Positions 47,577 to 56,095 of a DNA stretch of 64,000 nt are shown in pieces. A program made the translations under genes and the position numbers. This DNA is from an uncultured Christensenella sp. (GTDB taxonomy: Bacteria; Bacillota; Clostridia; Christensenellales; UBA1242). Positions within the stretch are counted from its first letter, which is position 1. Every line of letters begins with the position of its first letter. The DNA lies in contig CAZOFH010000001.1 of NCBI GenBank assembly GCA_964579205.1, positions 73,386 through 137,385 of the forward strand. Direction: 5' to 3'. The notes below the pieces were generated by a model, which saw only the letters and a program-made list of their open reading frames with translations, had not been told where the DNA came from and did no database searches.

Positions 47577-48284
47577 ATGATATTCACGATAAAATTCCCT
47601 ATAAAAAGAATGTTGTGCTATATGGCGGTTTTTGCCGTCCTGTTTTCACTCAATGTTTGGGTGGCGAGTGCGAGTAGCGCCGTTTTTAGCAATTCTACCC
47701 CTTATCCTAGATTTTGCGTAGTACTAGACGCAGGGCACGGCGGAATAGATTGCGGCTGTATCGGCATCACCACGGGCGCAAATGAGCGCGATATCAACCT
47801 CAGCATTACCCAAAAATTGGGTAGTTTGCTCACCGCTCTCGATATCCGAGTCGTGTATACCCGCACCAATATGGACGGGCTATACGGCACTTTTGCTAGC
47901 GGCTTTAAAAAACGCGATTTGCAGGCACGCAGGGATATCATCCAGTCCGCGAACCCAAATCTCGTCGTCAGTATCCACCTCAATAGTTATCCATCGCCTA
48001 CCGCTAGCGGCGCTCAAGTCTTTTACAAAATCGGCAGCGATGTCAGCCGCCAACTCGGGCAGACCCTCCAGCAAATTTTCGTTGACCAAATCCCCGGCTC
48101 GCGCAAAGATAGTATGGCGGGCGACTTTTATATGCTAAACTGTACCGCCACCCCAGGAGTGCTGGTCGAATGCGGCTTTTTGTCCAATCCTACTGAAGAA
48201 AAACTGCTTACTTCCGCCGATTACCAAGAAAAAATCGCCTACGCCATTGCCTGCGGCATCCTCACCTTTTTCGGCTTGAATTAA
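47577..48284 (+). CDS. cwlD: N-acetylmuramoyl-L-alanine amidase CwlD (germination-specific)
   Basis: 235 aa from MIFTIKF with a signal anchor. Motifs DAGHGGID.G, KKRDL..R and SIHLNS..GAQVFY. Confidence 0.85.
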   Translation: MIFTIKFPIKRMLCYMAVFAVLFSLNVWVASASSAVFSNSTPYPRFCVVLDAGHGGIDCGCIGITTGANERDINLSITQKLGSLLTALDIRVVYTRTNMDGLYGTFASGFKKRDLQARRDIIQSANPNLVVSIHLNSYPSPTASGAQVFYKIGSDVSRQLGQTLQQIFVDQIPGSRKDSMAGDFYMLNCTATPGVLVECGFLSNPTEEKLLTSADYQEKIAYAIACGILTFFGLN

Positions 48285-48400
48285 AGTCTGCAGGTTCGGA
48301 GGCAATCCCATAATGAGGCTTGCCGCTCATTCCCCTGCCGGCGGCTTGCCATAGTGTGAGCTATCGCACACACTATAAAACAAGGATAATTTCTTCAACT

Positions 48401-48484
48401 GTCATTCAGAGGCTGATGCAATCAGCCGTGGAATCTGTGAGGCTCACCGTGCCGAACCCCCACCCCGCTATTGCTTGCACATAG
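48401..48484 (+). repeat. hairpin-box repeat, copy E1 (3' of cwlD)
   Basis: GTCATTCAGA GGCTGAT GCA ATCAGCC GTGGAATCTGTGAG GCTCACCGTGCCGAACCCCC..ATTGCTTGCACATAG. Confidence 0.8.
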
Positions 48485-48517
48485 AACAAGAGGCAGGAAG
48501 ACTATTCGATTAATAAT

Positions 48518-48593
48518 GTCGCAGGCTTTGCCTTCGACGGGGTTCGCTATCGCTCACGGATTCCACGGCGAACGATGCCCGCATCTGAATGAT
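48518..48593 (-). repeat. hairpin-box repeat, copy B (3' of adhesin 1)
   Basis: Sense strand: ATCATTCAGA TGCGGGC ATC GTTCGCC GTGGAATCCGTGAG CGATAGCGAACCCC, then GTCGAAGGC-AAA-GCCTGCGAC hairpin. Confidence 0.8.
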
Positions 48594-48694
48594 AATAGAA
48601 GGAAATTAACCTTTATAATAAATAATAATTGCAGGTTCGGGGTGAAGTCCTTGCAAGGAGTCTTCCCCGCATTGCGCCCCGCCCCCCAAACGCC

Positions 48695-48720
48695 AAAAAG
48701 GATAGTCTCCTATCCTTTTT
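48695..48720. terminator. bidirectional intrinsic terminator (adhesin 1 / cwlD side)
   Basis: A5-GGATAG-TCTC-CTATCC-T5. Confidence 0.8.
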
Positions 48721-48771
48721 ATTATAATACTGCATTTTATGCATTCTTACAGGGGCGAGAGCGCGCGGCTA

Positions 48772-51558
48772 TTAGACTGGCTCAAAAACGGCGATTACTA
48801 CCGAGTCCATTACTTGCGATTTTTGGAAATGCGCCACCGCAGTGGTGCCCAGCGAATTGCCGTCCACATCCGTCCATTTGACGAACTTGTACCCATCCAT
48901 TGCCACAGCCTCGCAAGTGATCGTGCCAGCGTCGGCAAGGTTGTCTAAATCAGCCCCCAAGATGTACGCAGCGCCGCCCGTGGTCGCCTGCAGAGCCACA
49001 CCATTTACCGAGCCACTCGACCTCAGCCCCGAATACGCTCCCGAAGCAGTCTGCACATACACAGGAATGCTACCGTCCGCCTCAAAATCGTGCGAAATCA
49101 CCTCAAAATTGAGCGCAAACGCATTACTCTGCTCGTTCGCAAAATAGGTTACATTGGTAGCGAAATTAGTATTGCCCAATTCCGCCTTGCAATATGTGAT
49201 CTTTATCCAATTTACATTGTCAAATGACACCTTTGACACGTGGTACCCAGATGCAGGGATGATTTTGATAGTCGCGTTCTGCACTTCAGCATCGGCATAC
49301 TGTTCGCAAGAAAATTGCGTTGTCGCCCCCGTCATCGTCACACTTGCGCAAGCAATCCAGTACGCGTACAGCGTGAGGTTGGCAGTGTATTTTGACACGG
49401 TAATGTTTGGGTCACCGTCTATGTCGTAGATTTTCTGCCCACCGCCATTGGTCTGTGTAAAGTACCCGCGGAAAGAGTACCCTCGTCGAGTCGGCGGCGT
49501 GATGCTCAGCAAACTCACGTCGTATGTAGCCGTCACCGAGGTCGTGCCAGCATTCGTCGCCGATTGATTGTCTAGCGTAATCGTCACCGACACCGCCGTC
49601 CACACCGCATATAGATCCACCGTAGCGCCATTTGTGGAAGTCAAATTTCGTACGCTCGCCCCGTCAGTATACGACATCGAGCCCGTACTGCTGGTCGCCC
49701 AGCCCGAGAATGTATACCCCGTCCGCGAAAACGCATTGCTAGTCAGACTCTTGTACGAATTGTACGTGTGCGTCGAATTACTCATCGACCCGCTACCACC
49801 ATTTGAGTTATATCTTACATAATAAGTGTTGGCAGTCCATCCAGCATACAGTCTCACAGTACCGCCGTCTACCGCTGTCAAATTGCTGACACTGGCACCG
49901 TCGTTGTACTGTTTTGAACCGCTACTACTCGTCGCCCAGCCCGAGAATGTGTACCCTGTACGCGTGAATGAACAAGTACTCAAGTTTTTTGACACGCCAT
50001 AAGTGTGCGATGTACTGCTCATCGAGCCGCTACCACCATTTGAGTTATAACTCACTGTGTAGGTGTGCGGTATCCATTTTGCATATATAGTGGTGTTTGA
50101 TGAAAATGCCGATGTGCTGCTGACAGGAGTGCCGCTAGCGGTGTAGACTTGAGTGCCACCGCCATTTGTACTGGTATAATACCCTGCGAAATCATACCCC
50201 GTGCGAGTCGGAGTGCTGATATTATATAGGGTGTCGCCCGAATTGGCTAGCATCTTGTCCGTGCCGCCGCTACCGCTTTGCTTGTCAAAAGTCAGCACCG
50301 TGCCGTCGTGATGCGCCATCACATCAGTGAGCGATAGCAGTAGACACGGACGCACCGCGAGGCTAGAACATACACTACCACTACCCTCGGTATTGCCTGC
50401 TGCAGGCAAAGCGTACACCGACATAGAATAAGATGACTGACTACAACTTGCCGAACGAGTCCAAGTCCTGCAATACGCAGTACCGCTATCGTTGGTTTGA
50501 CTGGTACCTATGTAACTAGTCGATATCGAAGATGTGCTGCCATTGTATGTAGAGCGTTCTGCTGTGCTCATCTCCCACAGCCCGTCATAATCATCACAGT
50601 ACCCTACCTCAGCCATACTAGGTAGCCATAGATAATCTTCTCCCCAACTAGTGTAGTAGGTCGAATTTGCTGAGTAAAAATCCTGACTGCTGCTCACCCA
50701 AGAACCAGTGTAATTACTACTATTAGTCGAGGTCAAAGCCTCATTCGTTAGCCAATATGTAGACTGGTTTCTATTCGCTGGGTTTTGCAAAGCATTCATC
50801 CACGACATATTGTACGGCGTCTTGAGATAATAGGTTAGCCCCTTGCTTGCCACAGTGTATAGAGCGAAAATATGGTCGCTACTACCACTATAAGTATATT
50901 GCTCTATAGTGTCATTGTCTGTTGAATATCTCTTGCTATACGGGTTGTTGAGGGTCGCTGTACGAATGTAACTAGTACCGTACATGCTACTAGGGTATGT
51001 GCCAGCATACCTGTGGTACCAGTCGGCAGACCAGTCAGAATACAGCCCACCATTGACCAAGCCATAGTGTTCGCCCAAATTGTTGCTAGTAGTGCCCCAC
51101 TCAGATTGATAGTTGTTGCTCAGCCATAGCGTGGCTACTAGATCGCCATACCTGTCTTTGGAAACAAATGTCACTATCCAGTCTAGCCCGCCGAGCCGCA
51201 CTACTATACTTTGCCCATTAGTCTTGTTGTATGTTTTGGCACGCAAAGTAGCCGCAGTGCGCGGAGTAGTAGTCGCGCTCATACTGTTCATTTGATCATA
51301 AATATTCCCAGCACTGCCGTATATCATATTGACCATAGTCTCCACAGTATCACTATCAAAAGGTTTTTGCCCTGTCGCCGTAGTCTTGTTGACTAGCAGT
51401 TCATTCACACGCTTGAATGAACTAGTGTTTGACGAGGTAAACGCGTTTGACGGACGAAAAACCGTGTACCATAGCACCACCCCTGCGCCTATCACAGTGA
51501 TAATTATCATCAATATGGATATTATGCCACCCGTGGTGCGTACCCACTGCTTTTTCAT
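48772..51558 (-). CDS. N-terminally anchored surface protein with InlB B-repeat (Listeria-Bacteroides repeat) units, paralog 1
   Basis: 928 aa. N-terminal TM (IISILMIIITVIGAGVV), then a head domain of about 380 aa (..LWLPS..E.., W.RS, AVRPCLLL), then 4 units of TR.GY.F.GW...., then a shared C-terminal module. Confidence 0.9.
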   Translation of the reverse strand: MKKQWVRTTGGIISILMIIITVIGAGVVLWYTVFRPSNAFTSSNTSSFKRVNELLVNKTTATGQKPFDSDTVETMVNMIYGSAGNIYDQMNSMSATTTPRTAATLRAKTYNKTNGQSIVVRLGGLDWIVTFVSKDRYGDLVATLWLSNNYQSEWGTTSNNLGEHYGLVNGGLYSDWSADWYHRYAGTYPSSMYGTSYIRTATLNNPYSKRYSTDNDTIEQYTYSGSSDHIFALYTVASKGLTYYLKTPYNMSWMNALQNPANRNQSTYWLTNEALTSTNSSNYTGSWVSSSQDFYSANSTYYTSWGEDYLWLPSMAEVGYCDDYDGLWEMSTAERSTYNGSTSSISTSYIGTSQTNDSGTAYCRTWTRSASCSQSSYSMSVYALPAAGNTEGSGSVCSSLAVRPCLLLSLTDVMAHHDGTVLTFDKQSGSGGTDKMLANSGDTLYNISTPTRTGYDFAGYYTSTNGGGTQVYTASGTPVSSTSAFSSNTTIYAKWIPHTYTVSYNSNGGSGSMSSTSHTYGVSKNLSTCSFTRTGYTFSGWATSSSGSKQYNDGASVSNLTAVDGGTVRLYAGWTANTYYVRYNSNGGSGSMSNSTHTYNSYKSLTSNAFSRTGYTFSGWATSSTGSMSYTDGASVRNLTSTNGATVDLYAVWTAVSVTITLDNQSATNAGTTSVTATYDVSLLSITPPTRRGYSFRGYFTQTNGGGQKIYDIDGDPNITVSKYTANLTLYAYWIACASVTMTGATTQFSCEQYADAEVQNATIKIIPASGYHVSKVSFDNVNWIKITYCKAELGNTNFATNVTYFANEQSNAFALNFEVISHDFEADGSIPVYVQTASGAYSGLRSSGSVNGVALQATTGGAAYILGADLDNLADAGTITCEAVAMDGYKFVKWTDVDGNSLGTTAVAHFQKSQVMDSVVIAVFEPV

Positions 51559-51660
51559 ACCCATTCCCCTCCAGTTGTATTATTTTTTTGTGTCAGGGGC
51601 ACAGCCCCTGCATTGTAAAAAGGATAGACGGTCAAAATATACCTGTATAATGGCAAGCAT

Positions 51661-51705
51661 CATACGCACCCCCCGCAACGCGGGTGTACGAGCAGCCCCG
51701 CCGTG
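51661..51705 (-). repeat. CACGG..CACCC-loop-GGGTG module directly after the adhesin 2 stop codon
   Basis: Sense strand CACGGCGGGGCTGCTCGTACACCCGCGTTGCGGGGGGTGCGTATG aligns with 40817-40857, with a T:A to C:G exchange in the stem. Confidence 0.55.
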
Positions 51706-54700
51706 TCACTCGCTAGACATATTGTCGAGGTCGGTATTGATGTTGCCTGAGGTGATTGGGGCAAAGACAGCCACTACCACAGAGTCCATTACTTCAGACT
51801 TTTTAAAGCGCACCGAGGCAGCCGTGCTCAATACCGCACCGCTAGAGTCGGTCCAGTGCTTGAATTCATACCCGTATTGCGTGACAAACGCCGCACAAGT
51901 GATCGTGTCGTTATCAGCGAGATTTTCGACATCATCGCCCACGATGAATGCCTTACCGCCAAAGGTCGATTGCACCGCCACCCCTTCTAGTTTTGTAGCA
52001 CCTGCTGTCTTTAGTCCAGAATAGTTGCCTGATACAGTCTTGAGGTAAATTATAATACATCCGTCATCCTCAAAATCGTGCAGCATCATCTCAAATTTGA
52101 GCGCGAATACATTACTCTGCTCGTTCGCAAAATAAGTAACATTCATCGCATACGGCGTGTTGCCGATATCCGCCTTGCAGTAGATGACATCTATCCAGTG
52201 AGTATTGTCAAAAGAAAGTTGCGATATGTGATAGCCTGTCGCAGGAGTAATTTTGATAGTGGCATTAGGCATATATTTATCAAAGAACATCTCATCTGCA
52301 AATTGCGTCGTAGCGCCTGTCACTGTGGCATTTAGATAAGGTGCCCAGTACGCATATAAGGTGACATTTGAGGCAAAGGTCGACTTTGTGACACTCGGAG
52401 TGCCGTCCGCATTATAGATTTTTTGCCCTGCGCCATTGGTCTGTGTATAATATCCTGCGAAAACGTGTCTTGATGGACCGCCTGACGGAGGTGTAATATT
52501 AGACAATGCCGCATTGTATGTCGCAGAGACTGATGTGCTGCCTGCAGTCGTGGCGGATTGATTGTTGAGAGTGATTGTCACAGTCACCCCTTGCCATACA
52601 GCATACAGGTTGACCGTAGCACCGCTCGTGGTAGTCAAGTTTCTGACACTTGCACTATTATTATATACTTTAGCCCCATTACTGCTCGTTGCCCAGCCCG
52701 AGAACGTGTAGCCTGTGCGAGTGAAGGCATTAGCAGTTAGATTTTTGTATGTCCCATATTCATGAGTTGAGTTACTCATCGTGCCGCTACCGCCGTTTGC
52801 ATTGTATTTTATATAATAGGTGAACCCAGTCCATTTTGCATACAGAGTAGTGCTAGATGTAAATGTCGAGGTAGAGTTAACTGGCGTACCATCTGCATTG
52901 TAGATTTTCGTTCCCCCACCATTTGTACTAGTGTAATATCCTCCGAATGTATAGTAATCCTTTGTAGGTGGAGTGATATTAGGCAAAGTATTATTCTCTA
53001 CCGTAACGGATGTAGTACCTGCAGTCGTCGCAGATTGATTGTCAAAAATGAGGGTTGTAGTGTTATCGCCTACTCCTCCTTCCCATACTGCATAAAGGGT
53101 AATCGTCGAACCAGCTGATGCAGTCAAATTACTTACGCTTTGCCCATTAGTATAAGCCACTGACCTAATTGGACTAGTCGACCACCCGGCGAAAAAACTG
53201 TCAGTTTTGGTAAATGTATTTGTAGTCAAGTTCTTTGCCACATCATAGGTGTGAATAGAATCGCTCATCGTACCTGTGCCACCGTTAGCATCATATTTTA
53301 CCGTGTATGAGATAGGTGTCCATTGGGCATACAGTGTGGTATTAGATGTGAATGTCTCGGTTGAATAAGTTGAGTAACTACTACTCTTGTAAACTTGCGT
53401 ACCTCCACCGTTTTGCTGAGTATAATATCCGCCGAATGTATACCCTGTACGGCTAGGCTCCTCAATAGCTCTTAAATTCTTTATTTGCGTGCCAGACGCT
53501 ACAAAATACTTTTGAGTCCCTGCAAAAGTAGCAGATTGATTGTCAAAGGTTATAGTAATATCGGTAGAATCATTACTCCTCCACACTGCATAAAGATATT
53601 CCGAATTACCACTGTTCATATTGATGACACTTTGCCCATCATAATAATCTACCCTTCCATCGTTAGCATAAGAACTATATCGTGCCCAACCTTTGAAAGT
53701 ATATCCAGAACGAGTAAACGTATTTGAATTCAAGTACGATGCCACGCCGGCAGTATGAGTAGAGTTACTCATAGTACCTGTGCCGCCATTGGCTTTGTAA
53801 TACACGGTGTATGTTCTAGGTGTCCATTTGGCGTAAAGCGTGATATCGGAGGTGAATGTTTCGTCTGAGGAAGTTGGTGTACCATTTGAATTATAAACTT
53901 GCGTACCGCCACCGTTTGGCAGGCTATAATACCCACCAAAAGTGTAGCCAGAGCGCGAAACAGTCTCATTCATTGCAGGTAAATTACCATTTGGCACTAT
54001 CCAATGAACCTTACACCCAACAGTAGTAGGGACCTGCATATCAAAAGTGATAGATATCATTGTGCCACTGTATGCCTCCCAAACAGCATATAGATTAATC
54101 GTAGAATAATCTGATGATGACAAATTGACCACATTCGCTTGATCCGCATAGGCCACGCTACCGCTAGCACTCGTCGCCCAACCTTTAAACAAATATCCCC
54201 TTCGAGTATAATTGCATAAAGACAAGTTCTTTGCACTATCATAAGTATGAGTAGTATTACTCATTGAGCCGCTACCACCGTTTGCGTTGTATTTGACATT
54301 ATAAACAATCGCATCCCATTTCGCATAAAGGACAGTGTTTGAGGTAAATGTAGATGCCGATATACCTGATACACCACTTGACAAATATACCCTTGTTCCC
54401 GCTCCATTAGTACTAGTGTAATAACCTCCGAATTTGTATCCCGTACGAGTAGGTGGAGTAATATCGGGTAAAGTATTAGTATCTAGCGTAACAGATGTAG
54501 TACCTCCTGTCCCGCCTTGTTTATCAAGAGTGAGGACTATTACATTCCATTTTGCATAAAGAGTAGTGTCCGATGCAAAAGTAGATGTAGAGTTGACTGG
54601 CGTACCATCTGCATTATATATTTTCGTTCCTCCACCATTGGTGCTCGTGTAATAACCGTCGAATTTGTATCCCGTACGAGTAGGCGGAGTAATGGATGGC

Positions 54701-56010
54701 AGGGTATTATTTGACACCGTAATAGATAAAGATCCACCTATACCGCCTTGTCTATCAAGCATGAGCATAACAGCATTGGTATCAGCATCAACGGCATCTG
54801 CTGCACTGTCTAGATTAAGTAGCAGGCACGGACGGACGGCGTTAGGATACCAATCAACATCTGGGCCACTATCACCATAAATATCACTTCCACAACCATC
54901 GACACTATATGCAGCAGAAGATCCATAGTCCGCAAGCACCGAGCGACTCCATGAATATGGATAAACTTCAGTATTCTCAGTTACATTATCCGAGATATAT
55001 TCTGAGCACCCATCATATGTAGACCGCTCAGCATTATTTGTCTCCCAAAGTCCATCATTTGTATCATCTAATCCCATTTCTACAATGCTTGGCAAAAATA
55101 GATAATCTGTCCCCCAGTTTGTATATCCTGCTATGCTAGTATAATCTAATTCAAGTGAACCATAAACACCATAACTACCCGATGCTGTTGACAAAGAATC
55201 GTTACTATGCAAACTTTCCTCACCTATCAAACTAGGGTCTTGCACAGCATTTATCCAAGGCATCTTATTAGGGGTAACCAAATAATTTGTCAGTCCTTTG
55301 CTAGCGACGGTATACAACGAGAAAATATGGTCAGAGGATTGGGGGGTACCATTTGTCAATGTTTCACTATCTGTGGCATAAGTTCTGTTGTTAGGATTAT
55401 TAAGTGTCTCTACTCGAATATAACTAGTACCATACATATCCGCAGGATACGTCGAATTTTCTGTGATTGAGCCTCTATTCTCATAATACCAATCCCCCGA
55501 CCAAATAGAGTAGAGCCCACCATTTACCAATGCTGTGTCATAGTCATCATTCAATCTTTGCTGTAGACCAATCTCATCACTATAATCTTCACCACCTGTA
55601 CCGTTCCAGCCCCAAGCCTCTTGGTGATTGTTACTAAGCCACAGGGTAGCAATGAGGTTGCCGTCAGTATCATTTGAGACGTAAGTCACAATCCAGTCTA
55701 GTCCGCCGAGGCGCACTACGATACTCTTGTTAGCGGTCTTGTTGTATGTTTTGGCGCGCAAATCCGCCGCGGTCAGAGGAGTGACCGCGGTGCTGGTTTT
55801 TAGACTAGACAACTGAGTGCTGACGCTGCCGCTAGCCCCATAAATCATATTAACCAAAGTTTTGAGAGTTGCGCGCCTAAAAGGAGTCGATCCTGTCGCC
55901 GTCGTTGGGTTTGTAAGTAATTCATCAATATGTACAAAACTATTCATATTCGATGACGAAAAGGCATCGGGATCCGATACCTTTTTGACTGTGGATAAGT
56001 GACTCACCAA
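51706..56010 (-). CDS. giant InlB B-repeat surface protein, paralog 2; the as-sequenced ORF lacks its start codon and part of its membrane anchor
   Basis: 1434-aa ORF with the same head and C-terminal modules as paralog 1 and about 12 B-repeat units. The frame stays open upstream through LISLIIVVVISLSAWLL (a TM helix) to a poly-G tract. The ATG plus RBS at 56095 is one frame off. Confidence 0.88.
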   Translation of the reverse strand: MVSHLSTVKKVSDPDAFSSSNMNSFVHIDELLTNPTTATGSTPFRRATLKTLVNMIYGASGSVSTQLSSLKTSTAVTPLTAADLRAKTYNKTANKSIVVRLGGLDWIVTYVSNDTDGNLIATLWLSNNHQEAWGWNGTGGEDYSDEIGLQQRLNDDYDTALVNGGLYSIWSGDWYYENRGSITENSTYPADMYGTSYIRVETLNNPNNRTYATDSETLTNGTPQSSDHIFSLYTVASKGLTNYLVTPNKMPWINAVQDPSLIGEESLHSNDSLSTASGSYGVYGSLELDYTSIAGYTNWGTDYLFLPSIVEMGLDDTNDGLWETNNAERSTYDGCSEYISDNVTENTEVYPYSWSRSVLADYGSSAAYSVDGCGSDIYGDSGPDVDWYPNAVRPCLLLNLDSAADAVDADTNAVMLMLDRQGGIGGSLSITVSNNTLPSITPPTRTGYKFDGYYTSTNGGGTKIYNADGTPVNSTSTFASDTTLYAKWNVIVLTLDKQGGTGGTTSVTLDTNTLPDITPPTRTGYKFGGYYTSTNGAGTRVYLSSGVSGISASTFTSNTVLYAKWDAIVYNVKYNANGGSGSMSNTTHTYDSAKNLSLCNYTRRGYLFKGWATSASGSVAYADQANVVNLSSSDYSTINLYAVWEAYSGTMISITFDMQVPTTVGCKVHWIVPNGNLPAMNETVSRSGYTFGGYYSLPNGGGTQVYNSNGTPTSSDETFTSDITLYAKWTPRTYTVYYKANGGTGTMSNSTHTAGVASYLNSNTFTRSGYTFKGWARYSSYANDGRVDYYDGQSVINMNSGNSEYLYAVWRSNDSTDITITFDNQSATFAGTQKYFVASGTQIKNLRAIEEPSRTGYTFGGYYTQQNGGGTQVYKSSSYSTYSTETFTSNTTLYAQWTPISYTVKYDANGGTGTMSDSIHTYDVAKNLTTNTFTKTDSFFAGWSTSPIRSVAYTNGQSVSNLTASAGSTITLYAVWEGGVGDNTTTLIFDNQSATTAGTTSVTVENNTLPNITPPTKDYYTFGGYYTSTNGGGTKIYNADGTPVNSTSTFTSSTTLYAKWTGFTYYIKYNANGGSGTMSNSTHEYGTYKNLTANAFTRTGYTFSGWATSSNGAKVYNNSASVRNLTTTSGATVNLYAVWQGVTVTITLNNQSATTAGSTSVSATYNAALSNITPPSGGPSRHVFAGYYTQTNGAGQKIYNADGTPSVTKSTFASNVTLYAYWAPYLNATVTGATTQFADEMFFDKYMPNATIKITPATGYHISQLSFDNTHWIDVIYCKADIGNTPYAMNVTYFANEQSNVFALKFEMMLHDFEDDGCIIIYLKTVSGNYSGLKTAGATKLEGVAVQSTFGGKAFIVGDDVENLADNDTITCAAFVTQYGYEFKHWTDSSGAVLSTAASVRFKKSEVMDSVVVAVFAPITSGNINTDLDNMSSE

Positions 56011-56050
56011 GAGCCACGCTGATAGAGAAATTACAACAACAATTATTAGG

Positions 56051-56095
56051 CTAATTAATGCCCCCCCCCCCCCGGGTCAGAAAGCCTTTATTCAT
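56051..56095 (-). other. orphaned 5' start segment of the adhesin 2 gene (MNKGFLTRGGGGIN-stop), out of frame with the main ORF
   Basis: AAGGAGAAAAACGCG-ATG. It reads through the G13 tract into TAG. Removing one G joins it to the TM helix and the main ORF. Confidence 0.7.
56061..56073 (-). repeat. homopolymeric tract, C13 on plus strand = G13 in the coding sense
   Basis: Counted directly in the sequence: 13 consecutive C. Confidence 0.95.

Noticed and set aside
48289-48302. GGTTCG-containing boxes (also at 48630-48642 and 56541-56557) as tRNA T-arm remnants or tRNA genes
   Set aside because: No acceptor, D or anticodon arms can be drawn, and the context does not fit GGTTCGAATCC. The 84-nt cloverleaf at 56589-56672 has arm lengths of 12/7/6/8 bp, which are incompatible with tRNA.
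48411-48427. CUGAUG within the E1 hairpin, suggesting a hammerhead ribozyme core
   Set aside because: The sequence sits in the variable stem and is not conserved in the other copies. No GAAA/UH core elements are positioned appropriately.
51565-51660. Separate promoter for adhesin 1 in the 140-nt inter-adhesin spacer
   Set aside because: No -35/-10 pair with acceptable spacing was found (TTGACC-12-TACAAT is too short). Paralog 1 may be read through from paralog 2 or use a non-sigma-A promoter.
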